Below are positions 36,047-36,110 of a DNA stretch of 36,110 nt, one piece after another. The notes beneath the pieces are model-generated. The model made no database searches and was not told the origin of the DNA. It saw nothing but the letters and a program-made list of their open reading frames with translations. How positions within the stretch are numbered: the first letter of the stretch is position 1; every line of letters starts with the position of its first letter. The translations under genes were made by a program, and so were the position numbers. Source of the DNA: a virus; the IMG/VR virus record IMGVR_UViG_2681812966_000001, positions 1 through 36,110 of that record, one strand, 5' to 3'.

Positions 36047-36059
36047 ATAGTATATAAAT
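36047..36059 (-). promoter_or_regulatory. TATA-box promoter of the AcrIII-1 operon
   Basis: ATTTATATACTAT about 70 bp upstream of the start codon; identical to 31830-31842. Confidence 0.6.
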
Positions 36060-36110
36060 ATTTCGGTTTTCATTGAAAAAAAGTGTAGAAAGAAAAAGAA
36101 AAAAATACAT

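Larger units (their letters stand above)
1..36110 (-). mobile_element. Myovirus-like archaeal head-tail virus/provirus (probable Methanobacteriales host); boundaries not defined in window
   Basis: Colinear TerS-TerL-portal-minor head-protease-MCP-neck-sheath-tube-chaperone-TMP-baseplate-fibre module plus typical early region; archaeal promoter and RBS signals. No att sites or integrase seen. Confidence 0.93.

Noticed and set aside
1-36110. tRNA, rRNA, integrase and att sites
   Set aside because: None recognised by eye; tRNAscan-SE and flanking sequence would be needed to exclude them.

Overview
The window is most of the genome of a tailed, contractile-tail (myovirus-like) Caudoviricetes virus or provirus. 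Its host is very probably a pseudomurein-walled methanogen (Methanobacteriales, Methanobrevibacter-like). Host evidence: very AT-rich DNA, GGTGA/GGAGG ribosome-binding sites, TTTATATA-type TATA boxes, TFIIB-type zinc ribbons, a TGNP-anchored adhesin-like protein and Cys-His-Asp transglutaminase-fold peptidases like pseudomurein endoisopeptidases. Almost all genes are on the minus strand. Read right to left: (1) an early cassette at 33.7-36.0 kb whose first gene ends in a clear AcrIII-1 (DUF1874) ring-nuclease domain fused to an unknown 200-aa domain; (2) host-like membrane genes including a deleted DUF2085 remnant; (3) a divergent AbrB-type regulator, the only convincing plus-strand gene; (4) a recombination/zinc-finger module, a CATATG repeat array that may be an origin, an HNH nuclease and many small accessory genes; (5) a ParB-DNA methyltransferase; (6) terminase, portal, head, neck, sheath, tube, a -1 frameshifted tail chaperone, tape measure, baseplate with two cell-wall peptidase-like domains, and tail fibre. 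I recognised no integrase, replicative helicase/polymerase, standalone lysin, tRNA or CRISPR array; these may lie outside the window. All family assignments are by motif recognition, not database search.
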